Of a DNA stretch of 64,000 nucleotides, positions 10,346-20,655 are shown in pieces (positions within the stretch are counted from its first letter, which is position 1; each line of letters opens with the position of its first letter). The position numbers and the translations under genes are program-made. Under the pieces are notes generated by a model. The model saw only the letters and a list, made by a program, of their open reading frames with translations. It did no database searches and was not told where the DNA came from. The DNA comes from Deltaproteobacteria bacterium GWA2_38_16 (lineage in GTDB: Bacteria; Bdellovibrionota; JACOXK01; 2-02-FULL-40-11). The stretch is taken from assembly GCA_001797335.1 (NCBI GenBank), contig MGPE01000005.1, positions 39,929 through 103,928 on the forward strand, written 5' to 3'.

Positions 10346-10861
10346 ATGAAAAAAATAATCGTGATAACAGGAATAGGGATTAGTAGTTTATTTCTAATCA
10401 GTGGATCGCTTCAGGCGATGAATGTAGGTTATGCCGACATTCAACAAGCCATTCAATCGGTGAAAGCCGGTAAAAATGCCAAAGAACGTGTTGAAAAAGA
10501 AGTTGCGAAACGTAAAAAAACTTTGGATAAGATGCGTGGAGAAATTGAAAAATTAGAAGCAGATTTTAAAAAGCAAGAATTGGTATTGAGCGAAGAATCT
10601 AAGCAGAAAAAAAGAGCAGAATATACAAAAAAAGTTCAAGAGCTTCAAGAATCTGTGTCTAAAAATCAGCAAGAAATGCAGCAAGAGGAGCAAAAAGCTC
10701 TAGCCCCTATTTTAGATAAAATGAGTGATGTGCTTAAAAAACTCAGTAAAGAAAAAGGGTATGATATGGTGGTCATGAAAGGGGCTCTTCTTTATGCCGA
10801 AGATTCTCATGATTTGACCAGTGAACTGATTAAAGCTTTTGATAAGGAATATAAGAAATAA
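10346..10861 (+). CDS. skp: OmpH/Skp periplasmic chaperone
   Basis: Signal peptide, VGYADIQ, coiled coil, GYDMV..LLYA..DLT; directly after bamA. Confidence 0.9.
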   Translation: MKKIIVITGIGISSLFLISGSLQAMNVGYADIQQAIQSVKAGKNAKERVEKEVAKRKKTLDKMRGEIEKLEADFKKQELVLSEESKQKKRAEYTKKVQELQESVSKNQQEMQQEEQKALAPILDKMSDVLKKLSKEKGYDMVVMKGALLYAEDSHDLTSELIKAFDKEYKK

Positions 10862-11362
10862 GTGACTAAGTCTCATCAATTTACAGAGCTCTCTCCAGAA
10901 CAAATTAGAGGGATTTTGCCTCATCGGTATCCTTTTTTGTTGGTGGATCGAATTTCAGAAGTGAAGATTTCGGCCACCTCTCCTGTGGGGGATCAAATTG
11001 TTGGCTATAAAGGAGTGACCCAAAATGAACTTTTTTTCCAAGGGCATTTTCCCGATCGACCAGTCATGCCAGGGGTTTTGATTATTGAAGCGTTGGCGCA
11101 GGTATCTGCACTTCTTATTTATCGGAATGTAACGGCGACCAAAGAAGATTTTCATTTGTATTTGGGAGGGATAGATGGAGCAAAATTTCGAAAACCCGTT
11201 CTTCCTGGAAATTTATTGCGATTGGAAGCCACTGTCAAAAAGGTAAGTATGAAAAAGTTTTTTATGACTCAAGTAAAAGCTTTTATTGTGCAAAATAACA
11301 AAGAAGATTTAGTGGCTGAGGCTAGCCTTTCTTCTGCCATCGTTTTAAAGGAGCCTTCATGA
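10862..11362 (+). CDS. fabZ: 3-hydroxyacyl-ACP dehydratase
   Basis: [33 protein letters not shown]. Confidence 0.96.
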   Translation: MTKSHQFTELSPEQIRGILPHRYPFLLVDRISEVKISATSPVGDQIVGYKGVTQNELFFQGHFPDRPVMPGVLIIEALAQVSALLIYRNVTATKEDFHLYLGGIDGAKFRKPVLPGNLLRLEATVKKVSMKKFFMTQVKAFIVQNNKEDLVAEASLSSAIVLKEPS

Positions 11363-12276
11363 TGATTCATCCATCCGCCATCATTCATCCAAAGGCAACC
11401 CTTTCTCCCTCTGTTGAAGTGGGGCCTTATGTGGTAATTGGTGAAGGAGTGAGTGTGGGAGAGGGAACCCAAATTTTAGCCCATTCAATTATCGAGGGGC
11501 CAAAAGTCGTGATTGGAAAAAATAATGTGATTGGTCCTCATGCTCATGTCAGAAGTCATACACAGGTAGGAGAGGGAAATCGATTTCTTCCTTTTTGTGT
11601 AATAGGAGGAGAACCTCAGGATTTAAAATTTAAAGGAGAAGAATCCACTCTTGAGATTGGAAGTTTTAATGTATTCCGAGAATCTGTAACGGTGAATCGG
11701 GGAACGGCCCATGGGGGTGGCGTGACCAGAGTGGGAAATCATAATTTGATCATGGCCTATGCACATGTGGCCCATGACTGCCAGATTGGAAATTATGTGG
11801 TGATGGCCAATAGCGTGGGGTTATCGGGGCATGTGGAAATTCAAGATCATGCTATTTTAGGAGGATTGGTCGGAGTTAGTCAATTTTGTCGCATTGGACA
11901 ATTTGCTTATGTTGGAGGATGTAGTTCAACGGATAAAGACCTTCCTCCCTTTATGATTTCGGCAGGAGCCATTCGAAATGATATTAGTGTGAGAGGAGTG
12001 AATGCGATTGGATTAAAGCGTCATGGAGTGGATCTTGAAGACATTCGTGCTTTAAAAGAAGTGTATAAGCTTTTATATGTGAGTGATTTATTGTTTCAAG
12101 AAGCGTTGACGATTGTTAAACGTCAATGGCTTCATATCCCCCAGGTCAAACAACTGGTTGAGTTTATTGAAAGCTCAACACAAGGTGTAGTCATACGTGA
12201 AAGAAAATCTCAAAGACAGCCAGAAGATCAATATTGCCGTGATAGGAGCGGGATATCTGGGGAAGTTTCACGCTGA
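11359..12276 (+). CDS. lpxA: UDP-GlcNAc (or GlcNAc3N) acyltransferase
   Basis: IHPSAII, hexapeptide repeats, [31 protein letters not shown]. Confidence 0.95.
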   Translation: MMIHPSAIIHPKATLSPSVEVGPYVVIGEGVSVGEGTQILAHSIIEGPKVVIGKNNVIGPHAHVRSHTQVGEGNRFLPFCVIGGEPQDLKFKGEESTLEIGSFNVFRESVTVNRGTAHGGGVTRVGNHNLIMAYAHVAHDCQIGNYVVMANSVGLSGHVEIQDHAILGGLVGVSQFCRIGQFAYVGGCSSTDKDLPPFMISAGAIRNDISVRGVNAIGLKRHGVDLEDIRALKEVYKLLYVSDLLFQEALTIVKRQWLHIPQVKQLVEFIESSTQGVVIRERKSQRQPEDQYCRDRSGISGEVSR

Positions 12277-13204
12277 AAAATATTCAAAACTTCCAACCGT
12301 TAATTTAGTAGGCGTTATCGATCTTGATAAAGACCGAGCAACCGCTATTGCCGAGTTGCATCACACGCAGGCTTTTACCCAGTACCAAGATATTTTAACA
12401 AAAGTGGATGCGGTGAGCATCGCAGTTCCTACAGATCAGCATTATGCCGTTGCGAAAGAGTGCTTAGAAGCGGGGCTTGATGTCCTCATTGAAAAACCCA
12501 TTACGCATAAAATTTGGGAAGCCCAATCACTTCTGCGTTTGGCCAAAGAAAAAGACAGAATAATTCAAGTGGGGCATTTAGAGCGATTTAATCCAGCGAT
12601 TCAAAAATTGACGACTATTTTAACCCGTCCTTTATTTATTGAGTGCCACAGACTTCATTCTTTTGTTCAACGAGGAACGGAAGTCGATGTGATTTTAGAT
12701 CTCATGATCCATGATTTAGATATTATTTTAAGTCTTGTTCGATCTCCGGTTTCTAAAATTCATGCCATTGGGGTAACCGTTTTATCAAATCATTTGGATA
12801 TTGCAAATGTGCGACTTGAATTTGAAAGTGGGTGTGTGGCTAATATCACAGCCAGCCGGGTATCTTTAAAAGCCATTCGAAAAATTCGTTTGTTTCAGCC
12901 GGATTGTTATGCGGCAGTGGATTTTCACAAATCTGCCATTGAAATCTATAAAAAAACTGTATCTCAAGGAGAACAACCCGAAATTTCTGGAGACATGATC
13001 GAGTTTGATAAAAAAGATGTTTTAGAAGAAGAAATTAAAGCATTTGTGAACGCTATCCAAACCCGAACTCCACCCTTGGTGTCTGGAAAGGAAGCCTTAG
13101 AAGCTTTAAAACTGGCACATGATATTTTGGGGACCATCCGGAAATCTGCACATCAACAGTATCCCGATTTGGTTACTCAGATATCGGATTTTCGTTTGTT
13201 ATGA
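12197..13204 (+). CDS. Gfo/Idh/MocA oxidoreductase, probable UDP-GlcNAc 3-dehydrogenase (GnnA-like)
   Basis: [30 protein letters not shown]; position between lpxA and lpxB. Confidence 0.85.
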   Translation: MKENLKDSQKINIAVIGAGYLGKFHAEKYSKLPTVNLVGVIDLDKDRATAIAELHHTQAFTQYQDILTKVDAVSIAVPTDQHYAVAKECLEAGLDVLIEKPITHKIWEAQSLLRLAKEKDRIIQVGHLERFNPAIQKLTTILTRPLFIECHRLHSFVQRGTEVDVILDLMIHDLDIILSLVRSPVSKIHAIGVTVLSNHLDIANVRLEFESGCVANITASRVSLKAIRKIRLFQPDCYAAVDFHKSAIEIYKKTVSQGEQPEISGDMIEFDKKDVLEEEIKAFVNAIQTRTPPLVSGKEALEALKLAHDILGTIRKSAHQQYPDLVTQISDFRLL

Positions 13205-15441
13205 CACAGCCTTCTCGAAAATCTATTTTTATGGTAGCAGGTGAAGCCTCTGGAGATCTACACGGAGCTTCCCTCATTCAAGCTCTTCTTAAAAAAGATC
13301 CTTCGCTCAGAATTTATGGGGTTGGAGGAGAGGCGATGAAACAAGCGGGGATGGAAATTCTTTTTCATTCTTCCGAGCTTGCGGTAACAGGTTTTTTTGA
13401 AGTTATATTTAAATTTAGAAAAATTTTATCTATTTTTTCTTCTATTGTAAAACACTTAAAAAAATCTTCTCCTGATGTGGTTATTCTTATTGATTACCCA
13501 GATTTTAATTTGCGATTGGCCAAAAAATTACATCGTCTTTCTATCCCTATTTTTTATTATATTAGTCCTCAAGTGTGGGCATGGAGGCGATATCGTGTTT
13601 ATTCTATCCGAAAGTGGATCAATCGAATGTTTGTGGTTTTTCCCTTTGAAGTCGATTTTTATAAAAAATATGGAGTGGAAGTAGATTTTGTTGGGCATCC
13701 GTTATTAGAGGTAGTTCATACTACAGTCATCCCCCGACCTGATCCCCGAAAAACCATTGGCCTTCTTCCCGGGTCTCGACACAATGAGATTCAATATTTA
13801 TTAAAACCAATGTTAGAGGCTGCACGGTTGATGTATGATCGTTATCCACAGGTTCAATTTTTATTACCCGTAGCGCCTACCCTCAAGGCAGAAGACATGG
13901 CGGTAGAAGTAAAAAAATATAATGTTCCTATAGATATAGTTACAGGGAGTTCTTTATATGATGTGGTTTCACGGTGTGATGTGGTGGTGAGTTGTTCTGG
14001 AACTGCAACATTGGAAACAGCTATTTTGGGAAAGCCCATGGTTATTATTTATAAGTTAAGTGCACTGTCTTATTATCTGGGGCGGTTGATCATTCGACAT
14101 TTAGAGTTTTTTGGAATGCCCAATATTATTTTAGGCAAGAAAGTAGTGCCGGAGCTTCTTCAGTCCGAGGTAACCGGAGAAAATATTGCTTCTCAAGTGT
14201 TTCGCTATCTTGGGGATCCGGTACTTTGTGAAAAGACCTCTCAGGAATTATTACAGGTGAAAACAAAACTTGGGGAACGTGGGGCGAGTCAAAGGGTGGC
14301 GGAGAAAATTTTAAAGGAGTTAGATAACAGTAGCGTGTCTCGAGGAATTGATGGATATCCCTCCTTATTTAGATTACTTCATTATATTTCCTCTCCTCTC
14401 CTCTGGCTGGCCTCTTTAGGCTATGGTGTGGGAGTGCACCTTCGCCATGCACTCTATCGCCTGGGGATTTTTAGACGTAAAAAAGTACCTGCCAAAGTCA
14501 TCTCCATTGGAAATATTACTGTTGGAGGTACTGGGAAAACCCCTCTCACGCTTTATTTGGGAAAAGCTCTTCAGGAGCGAGGGAAAAAAGTAGTAATCTT
14601 GAGTCGTGGTTATAAGCGAAGAAGTAAAAAATCCTGGGACTGTGTTTCCGATGGAGAAAAAGTGCATTTGTCTGCCCAAGAAGCCGGGGATGAACCCTAT
14701 CTTATGGCTTCAAAATTAGAAGGTATTCCCATTTATGTCGGAGCCAAGCGCCTTCAGTCAGCCCAAGAAGCCTTAAAACGCCATGCGGTGGATGTATTTT
14801 TACTGGATGATGGATTTCAACATACAAAACTTCATCGCGATTTTGATTTTGTAACGATCGATGCAACTTCTTTTAAATATTCTGCTCATTTACTTCCCTA
14901 TGGATTATTTCGTGAACCTCTTTCATATTTAAGAAGGGCCGATTGTTTAATTTTAACCCGAACTCATCAAATTAATCCTATTCAAAAAGAAAATATTAAA
15001 AAAAGATTAAAATATTTTAATCCCTCAGCTCCTATTTTAGAAGCTAATTACCGTCCTGTGGGGTTAAAGCACATGGTTTCTCAAGATAGCCTGCCTATTG
15101 AAGCACTTTCCGGAAAAAAAGTATTTGCTTTTGCAGGGATTGGAAATCCTACTTCCTTTCAAAAAGTCATCCGAGATTTAAAAGCAGATGTTGTTGGATT
15201 TAAACGGTATTTAGACCATCGTGCCTATACCATAAAAGATATAGAACGAATTTTAGCTAAAGCGCAGGAGAAAAAAGCAGATTTAATTTTAACAACAGAA
15301 AAAGATGCTGTGCGAATTTTAGGATTTATCCCCACCTCTGTCATTCTGAGCAAAGCGAAGAATCTCCCCCTGTATTCTCTTTCCGTTGACTTACAATTTA
15401 CTTCACCCCATCAGATTGCTGATGTATTAAATGCCATATGA
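13201..15441 (+). CDS. lpxB: Fused lipid A disaccharide synthase / tetraacyldisaccharide 4'-kinase (LpxB::LpxK)
   Basis: N-half: AGEASGDLHG, IDYPDFN, SPQVWAWR, GHPL, LPGSR, SGTATLE. C-half: ISIGNITVGGTGKTP, LSRGY, GDEP, LLDDGFQH, LLPYGLFREP, TTEKDAV. One frame, no stop. Confidence 0.93.
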   Translation: MTQPSRKSIFMVAGEASGDLHGASLIQALLKKDPSLRIYGVGGEAMKQAGMEILFHSSELAVTGFFEVIFKFRKILSIFSSIVKHLKKSSPDVVILIDYPDFNLRLAKKLHRLSIPIFYYISPQVWAWRRYRVYSIRKWINRMFVVFPFEVDFYKKYGVEVDFVGHPLLEVVHTTVIPRPDPRKTIGLLPGSRHNEIQYLLKPMLEAARLMYDRYPQVQFLLPVAPTLKAEDMAVEVKKYNVPIDIVTGSSLYDVVSRCDVVVSCSGTATLETAILGKPMVIIYKLSALSYYLGRLIIRHLEFFGMPNIILGKKVVPELLQSEVTGENIASQVFRYLGDPVLCEKTSQELLQVKTKLGERGASQRVAEKILKELDNSSVSRGIDGYPSLFRLLHYISSPLLWLASLGYGVGVHLRHALYRLGIFRRKKVPAKVISIGNITVGGTGKTPLTLYLGKALQERGKKVVILSRGYKRRSKKSWDCVSDGEKVHLSAQEAGDEPYLMASKLEGIPIYVGAKRLQSAQEALKRHAVDVFLLDDGFQHTKLHRDFDFVTIDATSFKYSAHLLPYGLFREPLSYLRRADCLILTRTHQINPIQKENIKKRLKYFNPSAPILEANYRPVGLKHMVSQDSLPIEALSGKKVFAFAGIGNPTSFQKVIRDLKADVVGFKRYLDHRAYTIKDIERILAKAQEKKADLILTTEKDAVRILGFIPTSVILSKAKNLPLYSLSVDLQFTSPHQIADVLNAI
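13726..13749 (+). repeat. Degenerate GTCAT-tagged palindromic repeat within lpxB
   Basis: GTCATCCCCCGACCTGATCCCCGA encodes VIPRPDPR in a variable loop. Confidence 0.4.
15340..15367 (+). repeat. GTCAT-tagged palindromic repeat, in frame in the lpxK domain
   Basis: TGTCATTCTGAGCAAAGCGAAGAATCTC; one mismatch to the intergenic copy at 17436. Confidence 0.85.
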
Positions 15442-16304
15442 TGTACCGATGTGCTTTGTGGGTATGTGATGGACTGAGCGTATTTTTAAATTTTCTACCT
15501 AAATCTTTTTTAAAATTTTTAGCCAGAGGGATTGTGTTTGTTTGGTATTGGATCATTCCCTTTCGAATCAATGTGGTTCAACGGACTTTAACCATTGCTT
15601 ATGGTCAGGAAAAAACAAAAGAAGAAATTCAGCATCTTTTAAAACAAAATCTACTTCATTATGTGTATTTACTCATTGAATTTATTCAATGGCGAACGCT
15701 CTCACTTGAAACTATTCAAAAACGAACTCAGATGGAAAATCTTTCTGTCTTGCTAGAGGCTCTTAAAGAAAATAAAGGAGTTATTCTTTTAACGGCGCAC
15801 CTTGGTAATTTTGAATGGATGGCGGGAGTGGCTCCATTGTTTAACCTGCCTTTACATATTATTGTGCGCCCGATGAAAAGTAAATTATTTGAGCATATTA
15901 TTTCGAGTCAACGTCAGAAAACAGGAGTGAGTTTAATGGGTCCTGAAAATTCAAATTGGCACATCTTAGATCTCTTCAAAAAAAATCAAATCGTAGGTGT
16001 TATTTTTGATCAACGCAGAGGATCTGGAATTTTGGTTGATTTTTTTAAAAAGCCCGCCTTAACCACCCAAGGGTTAGCGTATTTACTGGAACGTTCAGAG
16101 GCGATTGTGGTTCCGGTTTATACCTATAGAAGTGACTTAGGGGAAATGGTTGTTCATGTGGATCCGGCTGTTTCATACAAAAAGGTTGGCACCCGTAAAG
16201 AAAATATATATTATAATACTCAGAGGTATACGGATGTTGTGGAACAGATGGTGCGATGTCACCCGGAACAATGGTTTTGGATTCATGATCGATGGAAAAT
16301 GTAA
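15438..16304 (+). CDS. lpxL: Lipid A late acyltransferase (LpxL/HtrB family)
   Basis: TAHLGNFE, FDQ, VDFF, PEQWFWIHDRWK. Confidence 0.9.
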   Translation: MMYRCALWVCDGLSVFLNFLPKSFLKFLARGIVFVWYWIIPFRINVVQRTLTIAYGQEKTKEEIQHLLKQNLLHYVYLLIEFIQWRTLSLETIQKRTQMENLSVLLEALKENKGVILLTAHLGNFEWMAGVAPLFNLPLHIIVRPMKSKLFEHIISSQRQKTGVSLMGPENSNWHILDLFKKNQIVGVIFDQRRGSGILVDFFKKPALTTQGLAYLLERSEAIVVPVYTYRSDLGEMVVHVDPAVSYKKVGTRKENIYYNTQRYTDVVEQMVRCHPEQWFWIHDRWKM

Positions 16305-17256
16305 GCTTTTTATAAGCATTGGTGTTCTTTTTCTCTTTTTATCTTGTGGCGGCGGTTTCCAATCCATTGAAAAATTAGAAAAAATTGAGCCTCCGAAAGA
16401 TATTGAAAGTGCTATTCGCATTGAACCCGCTAAAAAACCTTCTAAAAAAACAAAAACAGTTTTTCAAGTTACAAGACAACTTTCAGCATTTGAAACCAAA
16501 GAGGCTAAAAAACGAGCCAAACAATTTTCTCATCTAAACGTTTTTAGGGTGGGAGAAAAAGTAACCATGGCTTTAACGTGGTTTGCCATTAAAGCTGGGG
16601 ATGTGACGTTAGAAGTTCATCCCTTTGTTTATGTGGGAGATCGCAAAACCTATCATTTTGTGGGTACAGCCAAAACCTCTGGGGCCATGAATCTGATTCA
16701 TAGTGTGGATGATTCGATAGAAAGCTATGTGGATCAAGAAACTTTTTATCCTTATAAAGCGGAACTTCATGGAAAAGAAACCGATCGCATTCGAGAAGGG
16801 CTTGTCCTTTTTGACTATATAACGAAAAATATTGAATATTGGATGAAGGTCGTGCATGTCAAAAAAGGAATTAAAGAAAAGCGCAGAACCGATCCTTTTG
16901 TTCCAGGAGTGATTGATATTTTTACCTCAGCATTTTATTTAAGAGCACAGGATCTAAAAGTAGGCGAAATTTATCATGCAGAAGTATATAATGCGGGAAA
17001 ACGTATTACGGTTGATGCGGAAGTATTACGAAAAGAAAAATTAGAAACGGAAATTGGGGAATTTGATACCTTGGTCGTTCGACCTATTGCCAAATTTGAA
17101 GGAATTTTACAAACCTCGGGAGATTCTACCATTTGGGTGACCGATGATGACCGCCATTTCGTTTTACAACTTGAAACGAAAATTAAAATAGGCTATGTAG
17201 TGGCCAAGCTTAAAAAAATTGAAGACTCAGAATACCAGTTACCCAAAAAGGAGTAA
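16285..17256 (+). CDS. DUF3108 family lipoprotein
   Basis: LFLFLSC lipobox-like; FRVGEKVT, GEFDTLVVRP, IWVTDDDRH, IKIGYV typical of DUF3108. Start uncertain. Confidence 0.75.
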   Translation: MIDGKCKLFISIGVLFLFLSCGGGFQSIEKLEKIEPPKDIESAIRIEPAKKPSKKTKTVFQVTRQLSAFETKEAKKRAKQFSHLNVFRVGEKVTMALTWFAIKAGDVTLEVHPFVYVGDRKTYHFVGTAKTSGAMNLIHSVDDSIESYVDQETFYPYKAELHGKETDRIREGLVLFDYITKNIEYWMKVVHVKKGIKEKRRTDPFVPGVIDIFTSAFYLRAQDLKVGEIYHAEVYNAGKRITVDAEVLRKEKLETEIGEFDTLVVRPIAKFEGILQTSGDSTIWVTDDDRHFVLQLETKIKIGYVVAKLKKIEDSEYQLPKKE

Positions 17257-17259
17257 GTT

Positions 17260-17427
17260 ATGGCCATTAGCCCAGAATTATTAGAAGTGATTGCCTGCCC
17301 ACAATGTAAAGGAGATTTAGAGTTAACAGCAGCCCAAGATTGGTTTATTTGCCATGCCTGTCAACTTAAATATCCCATTCGCGATGATATCCCGATTATG
17401 CTTATTGAAGAAGCAACGTCTTTTTAA
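17260..17427 (+). CDS. Trm112/YcaR family protein
   Basis: Not in ORF track: MAISPELLEVIACPQCKGDL...ICHACQLKYPIRDDIPIMLIEEA (55 aa), AGGAG RBS. Confidence 0.92.
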   Translation: MAISPELLEVIACPQCKGDLELTAAQDWFICHACQLKYPIRDDIPIMLIEEATSF

Positions 17428-17435
17428 TGAGGGAA

Positions 17436-17463
17436 TGTCATTCTGAGCGAAGCGAAGAATCTC
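17436..17463 (+). repeat. GTCAT-tagged palindromic repeat
   Basis: TGTCATTCTGAGCGAAGCGAAGAATCTC directly before the waaA ATG. Confidence 0.85.
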
Positions 17464-18735
17464 ATGTTTATCCTTTACAATATTCTTTTAACTTTGCTTT
17501 GTCTTTTAGGACTTCCTTATTTTTTATTTAAACTTGCTTTTGAAAAACGCTATCAATATGGGGTGTGGGAGAGACTGGGGTTTCTTTCAAAAGACAAAAA
17601 AGAAAAAATTTTAGATCAATGCCCCATTTGGTTTCATGCGGTATCTGTTGGAGAGGCATCTGCCGTTTATCCTCTCTATAAAGCCTTTAAAGAAAAATAT
17701 CCTCATCAGATGGTTCTTTTTTCAACTACCACAAAAACCGGTCAAGATTGGATGGAGCATAAATTATTTTCAAAAGATGTATTGATTTATTTTCCTATCG
17801 ATCTGTATTGGAGTGTGAGACGGGTTTTAAATGTTGTTCGACCTACCGCTTTTATTGCGGTTGAAACGGAAATATGGCCTAATTTTTGGTGGTTGGCGCA
17901 AAAATACCATCAAACAAAACTGGCTTTAATTAATGGAAGGCTGTCCGATCGTTCTTTTCATCAGTATACTAAGGTTCGTTTTTTCCTAAAGCATGTTTTA
18001 AATAAAGTAAGCATGGTTAGTTGCCAAACTGAACGAGATCAAGAACGGTTTATTGCCTTAGGAGCTCCCTCTGCACGTGTGGCGGTGGGAGGAAATCTTA
18101 AATTTGAAGTTTCTATCAATGATGCCTCAAAAAAACAATTGGGAGTAGGGGATGCCCCTATTTTGGTAGGAGGCAGTACACATGCGGGAGAAGAAGAAAT
18201 TTTAATTCGATGTTATCAGGAACTTAAATCTTTTTTTCCATCTCTTTGTTTAATTTTGGCTCCCCGTCATCCGGAACGATTTAAAGAAGTAGAAAATTTA
18301 ATTCTTCAAATGGGGGAAGCCTGCTTTTTAGAATCGCATATAGAAAAAGAGCCATGGCCCAAAAATTCTATTTTATTAATTGATGGGATGGGGAAACTTC
18401 CTTCATATTATTCCTTGGCAACCATTGTCTTTATGGGTAAAAGTTTAACCGCTGAAGGGGGACAAAATTTTTTAGAACCTGCCGCCTTAGGAAAAGCTAT
18501 TATTTTTGGGCCTCATATGGAAAATTTTAGACAGAGTGCAGAGGAATTTTTAAAGAAAGAAGCAGTGCTTGAAGTTCGCTCTGAAAATGAATTAAAGAAT
18601 GCGCTTCAAAAACTCTTAGATTCAACAGTATTAAGAGGAGTTTTAGAAAAAAGAGCAAAAGAATTGGTGAATAAAAATAAAGGTGCTCTGGCATTAAACT
18701 TAAAGTATATTGAAACCTATGTTCAAAACCATTGA
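17464..18735 (+). CDS. waaA: Kdo transferase
   Basis: IWFHAVSVGE, ETEIWPN, INGRLSDRS, GNLKF, GSTHAGEE, LAPRHPER, GGQNFLEPA, GPHMENF. Confidence 0.96.
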   Translation: MFILYNILLTLLCLLGLPYFLFKLAFEKRYQYGVWERLGFLSKDKKEKILDQCPIWFHAVSVGEASAVYPLYKAFKEKYPHQMVLFSTTTKTGQDWMEHKLFSKDVLIYFPIDLYWSVRRVLNVVRPTAFIAVETEIWPNFWWLAQKYHQTKLALINGRLSDRSFHQYTKVRFFLKHVLNKVSMVSCQTERDQERFIALGAPSARVAVGGNLKFEVSINDASKKQLGVGDAPILVGGSTHAGEEEILIRCYQELKSFFPSLCLILAPRHPERFKEVENLILQMGEACFLESHIEKEPWPKNSILLIDGMGKLPSYYSLATIVFMGKSLTAEGGQNFLEPAALGKAIIFGPHMENFRQSAEEFLKKEAVLEVRSENELKNALQKLLDSTVLRGVLEKRAKELVNKNKGALALNLKYIETYVQNH

Positions 18736-19741
18736 ACAATTTCCAAATGCCTCTCTTTTAGTATTGGGAGATGTTATTTTAGATTGCTACCTTTGGGGAC
18801 AAGTTGAGAGAATTTGTCCTGAGGCTCCCGTTCCAGTTGTGGAAGTGACCCGCGAATCGATGATGCTCGGAGGAGCGGCTAATGTGGTGACCAATTTAAA
18901 ATCTTTAGGTGCTCAGGTATCTTTGTGTGGAGTGGTAGGGAAAGACGAGGCGGCTCAAGAAATTTCTAAAAAATTAAAAGAAATGGGAGTAGATTCCCAT
19001 GGTTTAATTTGTGAATCTCATCGCCCGACATCTAAAAAAACCCGTATTGTCGCTGGGCATCAGCAGGTGGTTCGATTTGATCATGAAACCAAAGCCTGTG
19101 TGGCATCAGAAACAACACAAAAAATTTCTGCCTTTTTAGAGAAAAATTGGAAAAAATTTGATGCCATTATTATTTCTGATTATGGGAAAGGGATGATTAC
19201 TCCTCTTCTTTTAGAAAAAATAACAAAACTTCATGAGAAAAATTCAAAACTTATTTCTGTCGATCCCAAAGAACGTAATATGGAATATTATAAAGGTGTA
19301 TCCTTAATAACCCCTAATAAAAAAGAAGCTTCTTTTGCAGCCCAAAAAGATATTGAAACAGAAGAAGATTTAAAGGAAACGGGAAGAAAAATTATTCATC
19401 GGCTTCAATGTGAAAACTTGGTGATTACTCTGGGGGCCGATGGAATGGCATTGTTTAAAAAATCAGGTGAATTTTTAAAAATTCCAACCTTTGCCAAAGA
19501 AGTGTTTGATGTGAGTGGAGCTGGAGATACAGTGGTCAGTGTCTTAACGTTGGCCTTAAGCTGTGGTGCATCCTTAGAAGAAGCTGCTGTGTTGGCTAAT
19601 TTTGCAGCTGGGATCGTGGTGGGAAAAATTGGAACAGCTTCTGTGACCCCCGAAGAGCTTAAGAAATATATTCAGGTTGAAAAAAAACGTATTTCTCCCA
19701 CAAAATTATCTTTTGAGTCCTTGACATCCCCTGTTTTGTGA
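18710..19741 (+). CDS. hldA: D-glycero-beta-D-manno-heptose-7-phosphate kinase (RfaE domain I)
   Basis: GDVILDCY, RICPEAPVPV, GGAANV, SDYGKG, VFDVSGAGDTV, VGKIGTA. Confidence 0.93.
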   Translation: MKPMFKTIEQFPNASLLVLGDVILDCYLWGQVERICPEAPVPVVEVTRESMMLGGAANVVTNLKSLGAQVSLCGVVGKDEAAQEISKKLKEMGVDSHGLICESHRPTSKKTRIVAGHQQVVRFDHETKACVASETTQKISAFLEKNWKKFDAIIISDYGKGMITPLLLEKITKLHEKNSKLISVDPKERNMEYYKGVSLITPNKKEASFAAQKDIETEEDLKETGRKIIHRLQCENLVITLGADGMALFKKSGEFLKIPTFAKEVFDVSGAGDTVVSVLTLALSCGASLEEAAVLANFAAGIVVGKIGTASVTPEELKKYIQVEKKRISPTKLSFESLTSPVL

Positions 19742-19777
19742 TTAATGTAAATCAAACTTTTTAAAAGGAGTACAAAT

Positions 19778-20632
19778 ATGAAAAAAATAGTGTTTAGTTT
19801 GTTGTTCTTAATTATTTCTCTTCCCGTATTTTCTGCAGAAAATCGTGAAATTCAAAAAGGATTTGTTGAAGACATGTATTTAGGAGAAATGGATCCTTTT
19901 GTAGTTGGAGATGCGTGTATTTTGAATGTTCGAACAGAAGATAAACTTTATGGATTGGTTCAGGCGGATGATTCTTGCTATGGTAAGGAACAAGAGCTGA
20001 AGTCTTTAAAAGGAAAATGGATTTCTATTTCCAATTCTCATTTAACGACCATAGATAATAAAGAAGCGATTAGAGTTTTGAAAGAGTTTGATTCAGAACC
20101 TTTTTATCTTTGGTGGGATGGAGAGCTTGACCAAGTACTTACTGTTTCTTTTGAAAAAGCAAAAAAATTAAAATCTCCTGGGCTGGAGAAGCTTAGAGAG
20201 TTGGGGAAGAAAATGCTCAATGAAGAGATTGGTGGGAATGCAGCCAACGTTTCTCTTTTTAAATGGGTAGCTTTTGAATCCCCTCTTTCTTTAAAAGATG
20301 CGATTCGCAATCTAATTTATGCTGAAGATGGGTCAGAGTATTTAGAAGAGGTCAGTGTCTATGATGTGCCAGCTAATGATAAAAGTCTTGAAGAAGCTGC
20401 CTTTAAATTGATCCCATCGGAAGATAGAGATGGCTGGACAGAATTTAGAGGAGAACTGACGGATGTACTTATAGATCTCTCTCGAGAAACTACTCGATAT
20501 GAAAAAGAGTGGAGATATATTTTCTTTAGCGGTGGATTAGGAGGAGCTTTTGACTATTCTACCTCTTTTATTGCTGTCTTTGATCGAGCAACCGATGAAG
20601 TGATTATCCTTGTTCAAGGATATAGCGAATAG
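19778..20632 (+). CDS. Secreted hypothetical protein
   Basis: AAGGAG RBS, MKK signal peptide, own TTGACA box (19721) and terminator; no recognised domain. Confidence 0.7.
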   Translation: MKKIVFSLLFLIISLPVFSAENREIQKGFVEDMYLGEMDPFVVGDACILNVRTEDKLYGLVQADDSCYGKEQELKSLKGKWISISNSHLTTIDNKEAIRVLKEFDSEPFYLWWDGELDQVLTVSFEKAKKLKSPGLEKLRELGKKMLNEEIGGNAANVSLFKWVAFESPLSLKDAIRNLIYAEDGSEYLEEVSVYDVPANDKSLEEAAFKLIPSEDRDGWTEFRGELTDVLIDLSRETTRYEKEWRYIFFSGGLGGAFDYSTSFIAVFDRATDEVIILVQGYSE

Positions 20633-20655
20633 TTCTCTTTATTTACTTATTTCTT

